Below are positions 42,304 through 57,300 of a stretch of DNA of 64,000 bases, one piece after another. The stretch's first letter is position 1. Every line of letters begins with the position of its first letter. Under the pieces are notes generated by a model. The model was not told the DNA's origin. It was given only the letters and a program-made list of their open reading frames with translations, and did no database searches. Made by a program: the position numbers and the translations under genes. Source of the DNA: the human T2T-CHM13v2.0 reference genome, Homo sapiens; assembly GCF_009914755.1 (NCBI RefSeq), contig NC_060933.1. One strand, 5' to 3'.

Positions 42304-43115
42304 AACCACCTAGTCAACACTTACCAATGAGCTGGACACTGTGTTAAGCTCTTTATATGCATTATATAATTTAAGTCTCTTAACAACCCAATGAGATAAG
42401 TGCTAATTCGTAAAAATTATGGTAATAATACTTACTCAAAGCATTGTTGTGAAGATTAAGTGGAATAATGCATAAAAAGTGCTGAGAACTTGGTAAGACT
42501 GGAGGAGAAGACAAACTTGAAGAGTTTAGCACAGCCTTTGGCAGAGTAAGCAATCGGTCATTTGCCCAGGATCACACAGATACTAAGTGATAGATTTTAA
42601 CCAAATTCTGCCAGATTCCAAAGTCCTATACTGTCTTGTCAGCTGTAACCTTCCCTTCAATTATTTTCTACAGGTGACTGCAGGCTCCATGGGAATAGGA
42701 ACCATGTTTATTATATTTAGTTTTATTCCCACACCTTGACATTCAGTAGATAGCAAAATATTTGTGTTGAGAACAATCTATTCTTCCCCCTCAAATCTGT
42801 TTTATATTTAGTTTATATTCATTACTCACAATAACTTTTCTTTGAGTCATTACTGAGAATAATTATAAAAACTATATATAAAAACAGCATGTCATCTTCA
42901 AAAAGTTGAATTTTTCTCTTATTTTTTTTCTTTTCCGGAAAATAGTGTATTTCCATTTCAGGAAGGCAGCATATTTAGTGGTAAGGTCATGCTGGTTTTG
43001 AAGTCTGAAGGACTTGGTTCAAATCTTGTATTTTCAACTCTATGACCTTGGAAAAAATACTTAGCCTCTCTGATTTGTAGTTTTCTCATCTATAAAAGAG
43101 GAATATTGTACCTCC

Positions 43116-43628
43116 CATACTAGTTATTTACTGTTGCATAACAAATTACCTCAAAACTTAGTAGTTAAAGACAACAAACATTTACTATCTCACATAGTTT
43201 CTGAGGGTCAGTAATCCAGGAGTAGCTTAGCTGGGTTGTTTTAGCTCGAGGTATCTCATAAGGTTGCAGTCAAGTTGTCGACTAGGACTGTCATAATCCG
43301 AAGGCTTGACTGGGGCTGAAGATTCACATCCAAGCTCACTCATATACTTGTTGGCAAGACTCTCAGCTCCTCTCCATGACAGCCTCTCAGAGTATGGCAG
43401 CTAGCTTTCCCCAGAGAAAACCATCTAAGAGGGAGGGAGAGGTAGCCACCAAGACAGAAGCCACTGGGTCTTTCGTAACCTAATCTTGGAAGTGTCATAC
43501 CATCACTTCTTCCATATTCTGTTGGTTGCAGAGACCAATCCTAACACAGGGTAGAAGGGGGAACCACACAAGGAAGTGAATACCAGTAGGTGAGATCACT
43601 GGGGCCATCTTGGAGTTTAAGCACAACA
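43116..43628 (-). mobile_element. MLT1F-like solo LTR inserted in a MIR
   Basis: ttgcataacaaattacctcaaaacttagtagttaaagacaacaaacattt…gtgaataccagtaggtgagatcactggggccatctt; TSD CCTCC/TCTCC. Confidence 0.85.
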
Positions 43629-45239
43629 TCTCCCATATGGAGTTGTAATGAGGGTTTTTATGTGCCTAGAACATAGCTATCTCTCAAAAAAAAAAAATTC
43701 TGTTTTATGGACTCATGGGAAGATACATGAGTTTTAGAACCTGAGGAACACACTTAAAAATTTAGAGTATAGTAGTCATCCCGGCACAATTACTATCAAA
43801 CAAATCTAGTTATTAAATTTCACATCCTGCTGAGGACTTAGCCAGCAATACTAATGACAGCCAAAACTACAGAGCTTCTCATAGTTTCCAATATTTTGTT
43901 TACATTGATCATTAGTTTTAATTTTATGCCATCATATATTTCATTTAGTTCAGCAACTCAAAAATGTATCAGTTATTATGGTCACACTTTCCAAGTAAGG
44001 ACAATGAGCTTTAGGAAGGTTATGTGATTTGTCTAAGGACACACAGCTATCCAGTGATGAAGTGAAGATTCACCCCAGGACTCATGACTCCAAAGTCTCT
44101 TCTCTTTTAATTATCTCATGCTGTATTAGTGCTAAGTCAAACTCATTTTATAAAAAATAAAAAGAGAAGAGGAGGGAGCGTCATCAATATTGCCCTTTCC
44201 AGGAATTTCTACATAAGCTGACAGCAGTTTCCTTGGGGTTCTCTTTTCTGTGGTTATCAATTGTTAAACGGCCCAGGATCTCTCAGAGCTCATCCAGGTA
44301 TGTGCATAGAGCCCTGAAATGCTGATATTGCCTTAGGGGGTTATTTGTTTTTTATAGCCCCACAGGCCATAGCTGGTGCATTTGCCTGAGCTTCCTCATC
44401 CTTTGTACATATACCCAGGGAGGAGAAGGTGAATAGATAAGATCTTTCAGCCTGCAGATTTCCAGTAATAAAAGCAAATGCTTTCTGTTGAGACCCAGCT
44501 GAGACTGGAGGTGGTGAATAAGGGCTGTATGTGTAAGCACTGTAGGCTTCTGGCCAGTAAAGAATCCAGACACAGCCTGCACCCTCCTGGCCTCCTGGAA
44601 CTCTAAGAGCACAGAAGGACAGGGTACAGACCTATGGAGTATGACACTTATTCCAGGGACTTTGACCTGCTACATTTACAGGTCATGACAGCTTTGATGC
44701 TGCCTCTGGGGAAGGGCCACCATTCAACTTGCCAAGAGAAGAACCAAAGGAACAAAGGCATGAAGCTCTGGGATCATGGCTGGGCCAAGTTACTGACAGT
44801 ACTATTTGCATAGTTCTGGTCACTTTCCAAATTACCTCTCACTCAGCCTCACCACAGCCCTTATCCACAGAGCCACCTGGGGTGGAATGGGAGGGGCTTT
44901 TCTTATCCCCATCCAACAGATGAGGAGACTGTGACTCAGAGAGGTGAATGACTTGGGCAAAGTCTAACAACAGTAACCACAGAGTAATGATTTCTAAGCT
45001 ACTAATTAACTTTCTAACCATCTACCCATAAGGAATTGGCCTGTAGGTTGAAAAGGCATTCCTGAGTCTCTGTATACCACACACCAAGGATTAATATTCC
45101 AAGTAATCATTTTAGAATTTAAAAGTGCAATAGTTAAAATAAAGAAAATAAGATACTGGACACGTCTATTAAAGAAAAACATCAGAATAAACACATCAGA
45201 AGACTGACTCATTGGGCGTGGGGATCAGATTCCTTCTAA

Positions 45240-45750
45240 AAGTCATCATGAAGGAGAGTGGAGAAACATTAAGGAATATGGAAGATAGAAATGGAACTGC
45301 CAATATTTGAATAACAGAAGTTCAAGAAATAGAGAAGTAGAGGCAGCAACAAAGGGAGGAAAATACTTGGAAAAAATATTAAAGATAGATTTTCTAAAAG
45401 AAGAAACAAAGGAAATACGGAAGAGAGACTTTGGAATCAAAGTGTCAAATAGGATTTCAAACCCCAAATAAATGTGATTTAATGGAATTTGAAAACATCA
45501 TAGAGAAAATTCTATGAGCTTCCAGAGGAAAAGAACTTATCACTTTGCAAAAGGACAAGACTCAGAGATTAACCACTGGTATAAGAAGATGATGGAACAA
45601 TATTTTTAAAGTATTAAATGACTATAACTTTAATGCTAGAATTTTATAACCTCCAAAATTTTCACTTAAATGTGATGGGACAGTAAAGATATTTTCAGGC
45701 ATTCAAAACCTCAGTAGTTTTACCACACAAAACTTCACTTTGAAAACCCT
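45240..45750 (+). mobile_element. Ancient L1M/HAL1 ORF1-region remnant
   Basis: agaagatgatggaacaatatttttaaagt…ctagaattttataacc…aaagatattttcaggcattcaa resembles the ORF1 3' region. Confidence 0.65.
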
Positions 45751-46267
45751 CCGTGCTTCATTTGATCCTCACAGGTCTGTGATGTGATGGTGGTTAATAC
45801 TGTCCTTAAAGGCAAGATTAAAATGGTGGAATCACCTATCCATGGTCACACACTTGGGACTCACAGCCAGGTCAGAACTGTGCAAATCTCCTTTTACTCT
45901 AGGATGTTGTCTCCTTGATGAAGCAGAAAGGAAGGTCATATAACTGCTCTCACAGCTTTCCTACCTGCCCTTGCCACTCAAGGGAATTCTAGAACTGCCC
46001 CCTGCTTCCCCACGTCCATCTTCTCAGGACTCCTGTTTTTCTACCAGAGAGACAAAGTCAATCTATACAATCTATATAATCAAGGAATGAGAAAACATTC
46101 CCTGGGGACAAAGAGAAAGAAACACACAGGCTGAGTTGTGTGGGAAAATGTCAGAAAAAAAACCAGGATGGGAAGCTGCTCTGGGATATAAGGAATCTGT
46201 GAGGAATAAGGGAAAGTCATTCAGAGCTATAGAAGATCAGGAATGGTGTCCCACTGATGTTCTCTAA

Positions 46268-46631
<364 letters not shown>

Positions 46632-48869
46632 ACAGTTGCTTTGAATTGTTGGAGAAGTATTTCCTTGGAAGTGAAATTGATCTGGGATTGGACTTTGTGG
46701 GTTCCTAGATTTGTAAGGAACATACCTATAACTGTGTAATAGCTTATCTGCTGTGGAGCAGACTTCCTTCACAAAAGGGATCCTGAAATAATAATAATAG
46801 TAATAATGAAAAGATAGTGACCCTGAATGTGTGCTCCAGTGGTTGAAACCTTTGATTTCTGTCGGGTATGTTAGGGGAGCAGGGAGGTAGCCCACCATCT
46901 GTATTTGTCTTTTTTCTCCTTTTGTTTCTACTTAACCATTTTCCATTCCTCATTGCCTTTCTCACTGTGACAATGCTTTATTTCCACAGGGCAGTTTATT
47001 GTTATGGACCAAGCAAGGGTCAGGCCAATTTGAGTCCTAATCTCAAACCCTCACTAGTCTTGTCCCTTGATCTTAGATAAATTACTTTTTTTTTTTCCAG
47101 GTAGAAATCATGTTTCCTTTTAACTGAATACTTAATTCACAACTTTTTTTCCTCTTGGTTGCTACTCTGGTAATAATTATGCCCCCACCTATCAAGAACA
47201 CTGCATCTGACCAGACTGAGAGCCAGTGTGAACATGGGCCCCAAACCAAGGCTTTCAGAATAATAAGGAACAGCAAAAACCAGCCTCTCCCCTCACTTAG
47301 AAAGGGGCTATGATTGGGAGGGTCCAAATTTTCACCATCCAAACACAGAAAACCAGAAACTCAATGCCAACATGGAAACCAGAATGTATCAGGAATGAAG
47401 TACAGTACCCCCTCATATACACAAGGTCAAGATGGGTTTGGAGAAAGATATATTTGACCATCTGGCCTCTTCTAGTAGATAGGGCCCCAGCCTAGCATTT
47501 TTAAAGGAAGATATTTTTGTTTCTGTTACTTGCATTACTTCTCAAAGGGGTATACAATCTACTAAATGGGATATAATGAAGGAGAATAAATCTTCTCACA
47601 CACAAGAAACATTGCTGGATAATGATTTTTAGTTGCTGAAAATCAGCGCATTATTTAAAAGTGGCAAAAATTCAAGGCAATCTGAGGAAGAATTCAAAAG
47701 TGGTGGCTACATTTGCTGGCAGGTTTAGGTAGGACATGCACACTTAAAACTCCCATTTTTTTTTTTTTTTTTTTTTTTTTAGTGTATATGTCAAGAGGCC
47801 AAAACCTCTGATCATCAAAATAAGCAATTTTGTATATTACAGTGCACAGGACAACAGAGGGAAAGAGGCTCTCTTGGAGAGTGACTAAAAGGTCTTTTGC
47901 AAAAGATTTGTATTACTTTGAAGTGGAAGGACTGGAGCCCAGGGCCATGTGGCCTTCATTAACTTGACCCTTCCTTTTCTTTGGTTGCAGTAGCCTCATT
48001 GGGAGCTGTTTCTTCTACATGTTCTGCTGGCTTCTCCTCTACCTCTTCCTCCCCTTCTTGGGGATAGAGATCTGGATATTCCTGCCTGCCTTCCTGCATG
48101 GCTCGGAACTGGTCTACACAGTCTGACCCCTTGACCTGCTCATGTTATGGTGGAAGCAGGAAAAGGCTGCCTTGAACTGTTCCCTGTAGGAGCCATTGGC
48201 CATTCCCCCAAGGAAGAGGCAGTGCCAAAGTCTCCCATTTGGCAGCATCAATCCATGCTTCTCCTAGGGAGGGATCGTTGGGGTCATCAGCCACCAGCTC
48301 TGCAATGCTTGGAGTTTTGTAGTCTTCTTTGGTCACAAATATGATGTGATCCTTCTGTTCCTGTCAGCAGTAGGACATGGCTGCAGCCCAGCCCTTAGAC
48401 CTCATAGAAGGAACAGTGGCTGTTGCAGCTTCACGCGATGACCTCCCTCTCCTCAGGCAGGGCAGGTGCCTCTGAGGCCTGTGCAGACCGGAGATAAATT
48501 ACTTAATCTTCCTGGATCTCAATTTTTTTTGTCTGTGGAATGGATTAAATCATAGCCATTCCCTGGCAGAGTTATTGAGAGGACTGCATGAGGTAATGAA
48601 GGTGAAGCCCCCGGCCAAGAGTGAGTGTCCACACACCTTCACCCTCATTCCCTTTTGACTTGGCTCCTTCATGAGGCACTTTCTGTTATCAGTTAATGCA
48701 GAACCAATAAAGGACATGAGGACTCTTGACCATCAGTAAACTGATGCTCAAGGATCCCTTTCTTGCATCTCATTGACTCTTCCACAAATGAACCTTTTCC
48801 CTCTTGAACATCAGCTGATCATCTTCTGAAAGGCCCTGCCTCAATTCTGAAACTCTACTCTGTCTTAAA

Positions 48870-50195
48870 AGTAGCAGTGATGGGAGACATCCTTCATCTC
48901 TATGTGATCTTCAAGAGAATGTATCTAAAGTTTCTCCAATGAGTATGATGTTTGCAATAGATTTTTGATATGAAACCTTTATCCTTGGTTGCTGAAATTC
49001 ATGTTTGTTTTTGTTTTCTCTTGTGATCAGAAGTAGACACTGAACATATCACATGATTTTCTTCACGTATCAGGTAATCATATGCAGTTTTCTTTTATAT
49101 ATTGATACAGATAAATTATTTTTATAGATTATCTGATGTTAAAACATACATTCATTCCCCCCAAAAACCTTACTTAAGTATAAGATATATTCTTAATTGG
49201 CTAGTGAACTTGTATTATTCAGATCAGGTAATCACCTATTGATTTTTGGATATTTCATCTGTTGTGTTTTTTAAAGAGAGGTGTTTAAAAATCTCTAATT
49301 ATAATTGCTGCTATATGTGTTGCTTCTCACAGTTTTATAAATTATATATATGTATTTGGAGGCTACATTTTAGAGGCCTATGTGCTCATGATGGGTCTTT
49401 CATCTTGCTCTGTTGGTTTAGAATATTTTTCTTTAAGATATTGTTTCCCTACAGTTTTCAAGACTGTTATTCCAGATTTCACTTGCTTCATATTGGCATG
49501 ATATTTCTTTTCTCATCCTTAGATTTTGAAATTTTCTTGCATCCTTTTGATTTGTGTGTCTGTCGACCACACAATTTGTGTTTTTAAAAATCTCAATGGA
49601 GACTCTGTCTTTTAATTGGTGAGCTTAACCATTTACATCTATTTTAATTACCGTAATATTACATTCTTGTGTGCTTTCTATTATGAAAGCTTTTGACAAT
49701 AAAATACAATTAAACTCTTAAATACAAAGTTTGATTTATTCAATGCAAAACATCTGTTGTTTCTTTTTTCTCTTTCCCTTTTCCAGTTTACGTTGTTAAT
49801 ATCAATGTTTAAATATGCTAATAGTATTTTAAATGTATTACTATTTATGTCTTTCATAAAAATACAGGTTGTGCAGCATGTTCTCATGTTACTTTTATCT
49901 TTAATCCTACCCTCAGCCCCACCTCTGCTGTGACTTGTCTAAAATTATAATTCTGTTTTTCTTATGTTTTCTTTAGTGCTTGTCTTTAAAAAAAAAAAAA
50001 AGACAACAACTTTATTAAGTAACCTGATCACTCCTTTCTATACCTCTTCAAGTTCCCTCCTGTATTTATTTTTGTTTTTATCTGCTCATTTCATTTCTAC
50101 CAGGAGTGTTTTCAAAGTGGAGTTTTGGGTAGTAAAACTTCTAAGTTTGCTTCATAGGGATGCACTTTTATTTGTGATTCCTACTCTACCTTGAA
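48870..50195 (-). mobile_element. Ancient L1M/HAL1 fragments, antisense
   Basis: T-rich; gtttctccaatgagtatgatgtttgc and tctgtcttttaattggtgagcttaaccatttacat are antisense L1 motifs. Confidence 0.65.
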
Positions 50196-50209
50196 AAACC
50201 ATTCAATGG

Positions 50210-50531
<322 letters not shown>

Positions 50532-53145
50532 TCAGCTCTCATTGTTCACTTCCTCGTAGGTCAGAGTGCAACAGGCCCTTTGAAATCATAATCTCAATGC
50601 TGATACTTGAATGTGTCCACTCCCAGAAATGAATCACAATGCCAAATTTGGGTTAGTGTCAAGCCTTCCCCCACTCTTATTTTGAGCTGTTTGGCTTTGA
50701 AGCCAGCAATGGCATGAAGGGCATGGCTGGATTCTTCATTTCTCCATCTGTCCTCCACCTGGGGCACTCTGGCCTTCAATCCCCTTACTGGTTTCTGTTT
50801 TGATTTCCCTCAAGTTCTCAGGTTGTGGAGGAAGACAGAGGAGGGATAAATTCAGGTAAGTATTTTTGGAATGAATTTTATTCTAAGCTGATTCTGAGCT
50901 CTCTGGATCAGGCAAGATCCAGATGCCTACAAGCTCACTCTTTTTTTACTGGGCATTTTTGTGGGTTCTTTGAAGGGTCCCTCCTAGGCCCTTCTATCCT
51001 TCAGTTCCTGGACAGGAGTGGATGTACCACTATTCTAGCTGGTCTCTTTCAATTCTTTCCTCAGTCTTAGGATTGCAGAGATATCCATCTCCCCAACTAC
51101 CACCACCACTTCCTTCCCTACCTCAAGATGACACTACTGAAGATGTGGAAAGATACACCTCCCCGCTCCCCCATAACCCATACCCACACACACACAAACG
51201 CACACACAGGCTTTTCTCCTGCACATGGCCCACTACTGGGCCACAAAAAGTACCCACAAATCCCTTGTTCCAACAACCGGAGAAAGCAGACTGATAACAG
51301 CAAACATTCTCTCCTGGCTCTGCCCCAAGCTCTTAATCTCTCACTCCCTAGAATTCCCAGGCATGTGGGAAAATGCGGGACACCAATTTCTACATCAACC
51401 CACTGCAGGGAACAAAACTCAAAGCTCCGCAATGGTCCTACTGAAGTCCCCCTCACTCGTCTGGAGTTGAAAAGAACTCAATGGAATAGTTCCCTCCAAA
51501 GAACTCCCTTCACAAAATCTGCCCTTTCCTCATTTAGTAAAGAAGTGCTGGAGGGCATTCAATAGACAAACAACAGCTTGAGTTTTTGGTGTCAACTTGC
51601 CTAGTTTCAAATACTTGTGTTATGGTCTTGGCTGAGTTATCTTCTCTATGCCTCAGTTTCATTATCTGTAAAATGTGGATAACATCAGGACTTAGCTACA
51701 AAATTGCTGTAAGGATTAAACAGGATAACGCATTGGAGAACACTTACAGACAAACAGAAAGTGCCAGCTGTTATTCTTAAAACAAACTGCAAATCTCTGT
51801 ATAAATAGTAGATTTATCATTATAACATAATGACCCAATAGGTTCCTCATGATTTTGGAATCAGAATTTATAAATTTTCCTGACTCCATGAGCTTAAGTA
51901 TGCATAAGCTTGAATCAGCTTGAAGGAAACCCCTAGATAATTTTTATCATTATTTCCATATAATCTGCTGACAAATTACAAATGGTTTTCAAAATTGCAA
52001 ACTGCAGTGATAACATTTTTACAGAAAATAAATAGAGCTGCTACTTCCTCACTGTCTGGTGTGATCATCCATTTATCTCCCTGGCTGCTGGGAACATTGA
52101 TGACAGGGGCTTGAGATATCCTTTCTTCCTTCTGAGACTGACAAATACAAATTTATCAAAATTCAGTTGAAATGTCATCTTTGGTTTGGTGAAAGCTGAC
52201 TTAACCAACTCCTCCAAACACAATTGTTTTCTTCCCTTCTCTACATTCTGATATGATTTTGTACAGTTCCCCCTTCTTATCTAACTCTAGCGTGTCTGGT
52301 TTCTGACTGTCTATGGCCCCTTGGATTGAACTTCTGTCCTTACTCTTAAATATGACCTTGACTCTAGGTACTGTTCCTCACACACCCATTTCATCCACAC
52401 TTGATGGTAGTGTGACCATAAATATGCTGGTTCATCTCCCTTTCCCCCCATGATAATTTGATTTTGGCTCTCAGACCCTTCATTTATATCTGATACCCCA
52501 GGGTCTCCTAATCTGGAAGTTTAGAAATGAAAGATAAGTGTAATTACAAGCTAAGAGAGCATAGGGAAAGCAATTCCTACATCTGGGAGTGGAGAGGGTT
52601 GGGAAGAAGGGAAGGGAAGGGGTCTAAAATATGTTTCTGGAAGGCATTGTTTTCCAGGTGGAGGTGTCCAAGTGTAAACTTACGTAAGCTAGACAAAACA
52701 GCCTTGGCAAGGCAGAGAGACATGGAGAAGGTTGCTGTGACAGCCACATGAGGAGAGTTGATGTGTGGAAGTATGGAATGGGAGCCCCAGGGAGAATGAT
52801 GGAAGGTAACACTAGGCAGAGGGCATGAAGGTCAACGAATGCTCGTAATGAGTTGGTTTTGTTATTTAGGCTTTGTGGAGACATCCAAGATTGTTAAATG
52901 GGGAGGGGGTGGTGAAAAGATAGAATCTCTATTTCAAAAAATATCACTCTGACTACCCTGAGGTTGGCTTGGAGGGAGTATGCAATAGCATCAGCCTGGA
53001 AGAGCCAATCCTTCCATCTGTCACAGCACAGTGGATGTCTATCATCCCATTAACAGCCATTCATTATTTTATGGCTGAGGAGTGTCTCCAAGAAGTCAGA
53101 TACAATAAGGAGAATTATTTGCATGGTGTGTGTATGTTGGGGAGT

Positions 53146-53195
53146 AGGGGACTCACAAGGGTGCAGAGAAGGGGACTCAGAAGGGTGCAGAGAAG
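53146..53195. repeat. 24-bp tandem duplication
   Basis: AGGGGACTCA(C/G)AAGGGTGCAGAGA twice. Confidence 0.9.
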
Positions 53196-54349
53196 AACGC
53201 ACAGGATGTTTAATCCTGATAAATACAGGAGAATGCAGTCTGTGGGCTTCACTCTGGAAGAAAAGATGCTTATGAGGATATTGCTGAGAAGCAAAATTAT
53301 ATGTATACACCATAGGCAGAGCAGAGACAGGAGAGAAGGAATCCAGAGAGATCAGAAGATCTTATCCTGGACTTTGTGCTACGAGAAGGAGGAACTGTGC
53401 TTGGTTGGTCTATTTGCTTGTTCTGATTTTGGCATTTCTCTGGGCCCTGTTCCTGCTGCTTTGCAGAGAGGAAGGTAGTCACTGGCAGATACACCTCTCC
53501 TTCTGACTGGAATCCTCTGTTCTTGGTTGAAGGCCACAGTTGAAATCTAGCCTCTTCTGCCCTGTGCTGGATAAGATGGCAAGGGGGTAAGAGCTTGCTT
53601 AGCAGCTTGAATGGAGAACTGAATGCTGACTTTCTAACATTTTTTACTTGTTCTTGTGGCCCAGGGCCTTTAAGAGACTGGTATGGAGGGGGACTCTGGA
53701 TATGGAGTTCAATTGACTAATACTCTGTTTTGTTTCCAAGTTCAGAAATATGCACAACCATGTCCTGATCTTAAGAATTGTAAATTCATTCTCTGGTCTC
53801 CAGAGCAAAGGAGTTACCAGAAAGCATTCCATCACTATGAAATCCTAATTGTGGCCCCAGGTCATTAGATTTCATAAATCAGTGTGCCTGAGTAATGGCT
53901 TAAGAGACTTTATTTTCAGGACAACTGATGCGATTATGAGAAAAGCTCCTAATGACTGATATATCATGGCAGTATCTTAATTACCAGAGAATTCATAGGA
54001 AGCACCTGATAGCTCTACAGATGATTTGATTAGAAACCACATTTTAAAATCTCTTCTCAATGAGTCAGTGACAGCATCCTTTGGGAGCCAAGTCTTAGTG
54101 TATAAGGTCTCATGCACAAAAAAATCTCAATGTTGAAGATAAACAAAACTCTGTTAAAACCACAGCTTTCAATATCTAGTCTTAAGAAAATGGTCACATT
54201 TTCTGGACTAAAAGCTTCCAGGCTAAGGAGAAGCTGAAATTAAAATGCTATTTTAGCTGCATTTTTTTGTTATTCATCCATCACTGTAGCTAGAGGTCAT
54301 GGAAATCCCATGGCACGGTATATGAGGTCCCATACCACATGACACCAAC

Positions 54350-55230
54350 CTATTCATTCACGTATATATTTAGCAACAAATAGCTACTGGGCCCCTGGAA
54401 CAGCTACGTGCCAGGTGCTTTACTGGATGTTAAAGCAGTAACAATGGTGAGCAAAAACAAATATAGTATCTTGCCTTCTTAAGCTCACAACTTTTTTAGA
54501 GCAGCTATACCTCATCAGTAAATTACCCAAATAAATATAAAAGAGCAGATATTGGTGCAGTGAAATAGATAACTTGTGAAATTGACATATATTGATCAGA
54601 GAAACCTGGCTTTCTGAAAAAAATAATTATTGGGCTGAGACCCAGAAGAAGAGTGGGGAATAGTTGTTTAGTGAGGGATGGTTAGGGCAAGGGTTGGGTA
54701 GCAGGAAGTGAAGGTGGGGACTGCATTTGGGGCACAGGGAAAAAGGCACAAAGGGCCTGGGGCAGAATGGAACTGGAAAACTGTCGTGTGGTTGGAGAGC
54801 CATGGGAGTATATGTTAATATATAAAAAAGTAACTTATTATTAACGACCGTGGGTGCTATGCAGGCAGATAAATAATTCAGACAATAAATGTTAAAAGAG
54901 AAAAAGAGCTGGAATAGTTTCAAAGAGTATCAAGTGGGCTGGAATCTGGCTTGAAAGGAATCCATAAGGGGGTGTGGAATGGGAGGTGGGTGGCATTTAA
55001 CTGAGGCTCGAGGTTTTAGAAAGGGCCCTGGGGAGAGGTGGGGTGTGAATTGAGAACCGAAAGACTGGGAACTAGTCATGAAAATTGGTCAGAGGAGAGT
55101 GAAATAAAACGGTGCCGCTCAGGATGGCTGGGGTGAGGTACATGGTGAGGGCCGGTACAGAAGAAGAGGCTGGGGAAGTAGGTGCAGGCCAGGTAATGAG
55201 AGGCCTTGAAGGTCAGCAAAGGACTTGCAG
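54350..55230 (-). mobile_element. L2 LINE fragments
   Basis: cattcattcac…tacgtgccaggtgcttt…ggccaggtaatgagaggccttgaaggtcag. Confidence 0.6.
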
Positions 55231-56196
55231 CCTGGAGAGAGCCAAAGAATGAGAGAATGGTAGGCATTAGGAAGTGTTGAACCAATGGGGAGCTGGAGTG
55301 GATTAAACACAGTCAATCCCATTTATACCAGTCACAGCAGATTGGCATAAAACCTATACCAATAAAGGCTATTGAATAAAACCTATCTGCACATCTCTAG
55401 CTTCTCCCCTTGAACTGGAAAGTGGTGTTTGTGAGAATGAATGGACAAAGCATATTTTACCTGGAAAGGGGAAGGAGAGGCGTGAGTGTGTGTGCATGTA
55501 CGTGTGCTTGGGTGTAGAGTACAGGGTGTAGAGCCTGAGAAATGTTTTCAAGTATGTGACAACCTCTGGATCTGGGATGAATATGCCCTTTGAAATCCCT
55601 TCAATGGCTACTAGAATGGAAACTAAACTCCCCCAAGAGTTCAAGTCTTTTATTCCCAGCTTTCTAGATGCCTTTCTCACACGCACATGTTCTCACTTGT
55701 CACTCCAGTCAAAGTAGGTCACCTGGCATCTCACTTCCTCATATGGCTTTCCTCACCTGGATTGTTTTCTCTCAGACCCCACCCATCTAGCTATCCAAAT
55801 CCTTCCAAGTACTGCCTGAAATATTACTTCCAGAAACCCTCCAGATCTCCTACCAGAAGGCTCCCCTGTTCTTCTGAACCCATATGGTATTTGTACCCCC
55901 TTGTGTCTTATATATGGGGGAGAGTGTCTGAATCACAGGCCCTGATACAGATTTAACAGATATTCGGTATATATATTCAAGTGAATGATTTTGAATAAAT
56001 CAACAGATATTAGCATTTGTGTTCCTCTTTTCTTTTTACTTGGAGTAAGGTCCCAGGAGATGTCTTACTCCTCTCTGTAGCCTTCACAGTACAAGACAAT
56101 AAAAAACACACAAAGAGGTTTAGGTGCTGTGCTTTTTGCATGGTTTAAATTAATGAATCAATAATTCAGACTCAAAGCAAATTTGATGACATCATT

Positions 56197-56400
56197 CAGT
56201 GGTTCTCAATTTTGGATGGAATTGTTCCCCTGGAGGTGCGTGTTTGGGAATGTGTAGAGCATTTCTGGCTGACTTAGTTGCAGGTGGGGGTACTACTTGC
56301 ATTTAGTAGCAGGGATCAAGAATGATAAAAACCCTGCAACCCAAGGCAGAGTCCAGCACAACAAAAAAGTTATTCCACCTGCACCATTAAAGAAGAACTG
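56197..56400. mobile_element. MER20-family MITE
   Basis: cagtggttctcaatttt…tactacttgcatttagtagcagggatcaagaatgataaaaaccctgcaa. Confidence 0.7.
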
Positions 56401-56995
56401 CCTGCTCTAAATGATATTGAGAGAATAGAAAATGTTTTGAACAAAATTGTAGACACTTCTCCTCTGGGGAAATTAAAAGAGAACAAGAGAATGTTGTCCT
56501 GATGGCCTCTCTCAACCCTGCCCAGCCCTGACATACTAAACTCCTGGGGAATGTAAAATTCAGGCCAAATGATCCAGACACAGGAGACCCACCCCTTTGG
56601 TTCCTGCAGGGGCAGCCTCAGCGTTCCTTGCTCCCATCAGAAAGGTCTTAGGGCCGAACTGCGCTCCCTCTGGCCAGGAGAGAGGCTGTCCCTCTGCGTG
56701 TATTTTACTCTCAGGGTAACAACTCAGAGAAAATGTGGACATTTGCATTGGCACTCAGGTGCTGTCATAAGGCCTGCCGTCAGCCTGTCCTAGAGTCTTT
56801 TTCTTTTTCTTTTCTTTGAACTAAGTAAACAGCAGGAGTCAGCTATAGGAAGCAAGCTATGAGGGGTGGAGGAGATTTGAGGTGGTGTCAAGGATAAGGG
56901 TGACAGAATGTCTGAAAGGAGAAGTGACAAACTTGGCTGACTTTGGAGCCCCTTCCCAAATCACCAGGCTAAAACTGACCACTGCCTCTCTTACG

Positions 56996-57300
56996 TTATA
57001 TATAGAGTTTCATATAAATATATATGAATACAAGTATTATATTTATGAGATTATATATAAATACAAGTATTATATTTACAAGATTATAAATATACATTTA
57101 CTAATATAAAAATATATAGTTATAGTCTCAATCACAAATAATTTCATGACAATGTATTTTGATATACAATATTATAATAATATCAGTACATTATTAGTGT
57201 ATTAATTTAACAACACATTAATGTATTAATACATTAATATATTAACATATTAATATATATTATAATTGTTATATTAATGTTTATTATGATGAATAATTTT
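56996..57300. repeat. AT-rich low-complexity tract with an internal duplication and palindrome
   Basis: Very AT-rich; AATACAAGTATTATATTTA repeated at a 33-bp spacing; palindrome at 57217-57238. Confidence 0.85.

Noticed and set aside
52969-53478. Longest ORF (169 aa)
   Set aside because: Non-ATG start, no recognisable domain, and partly built from a 24-bp tandem duplication; consistent with chance.
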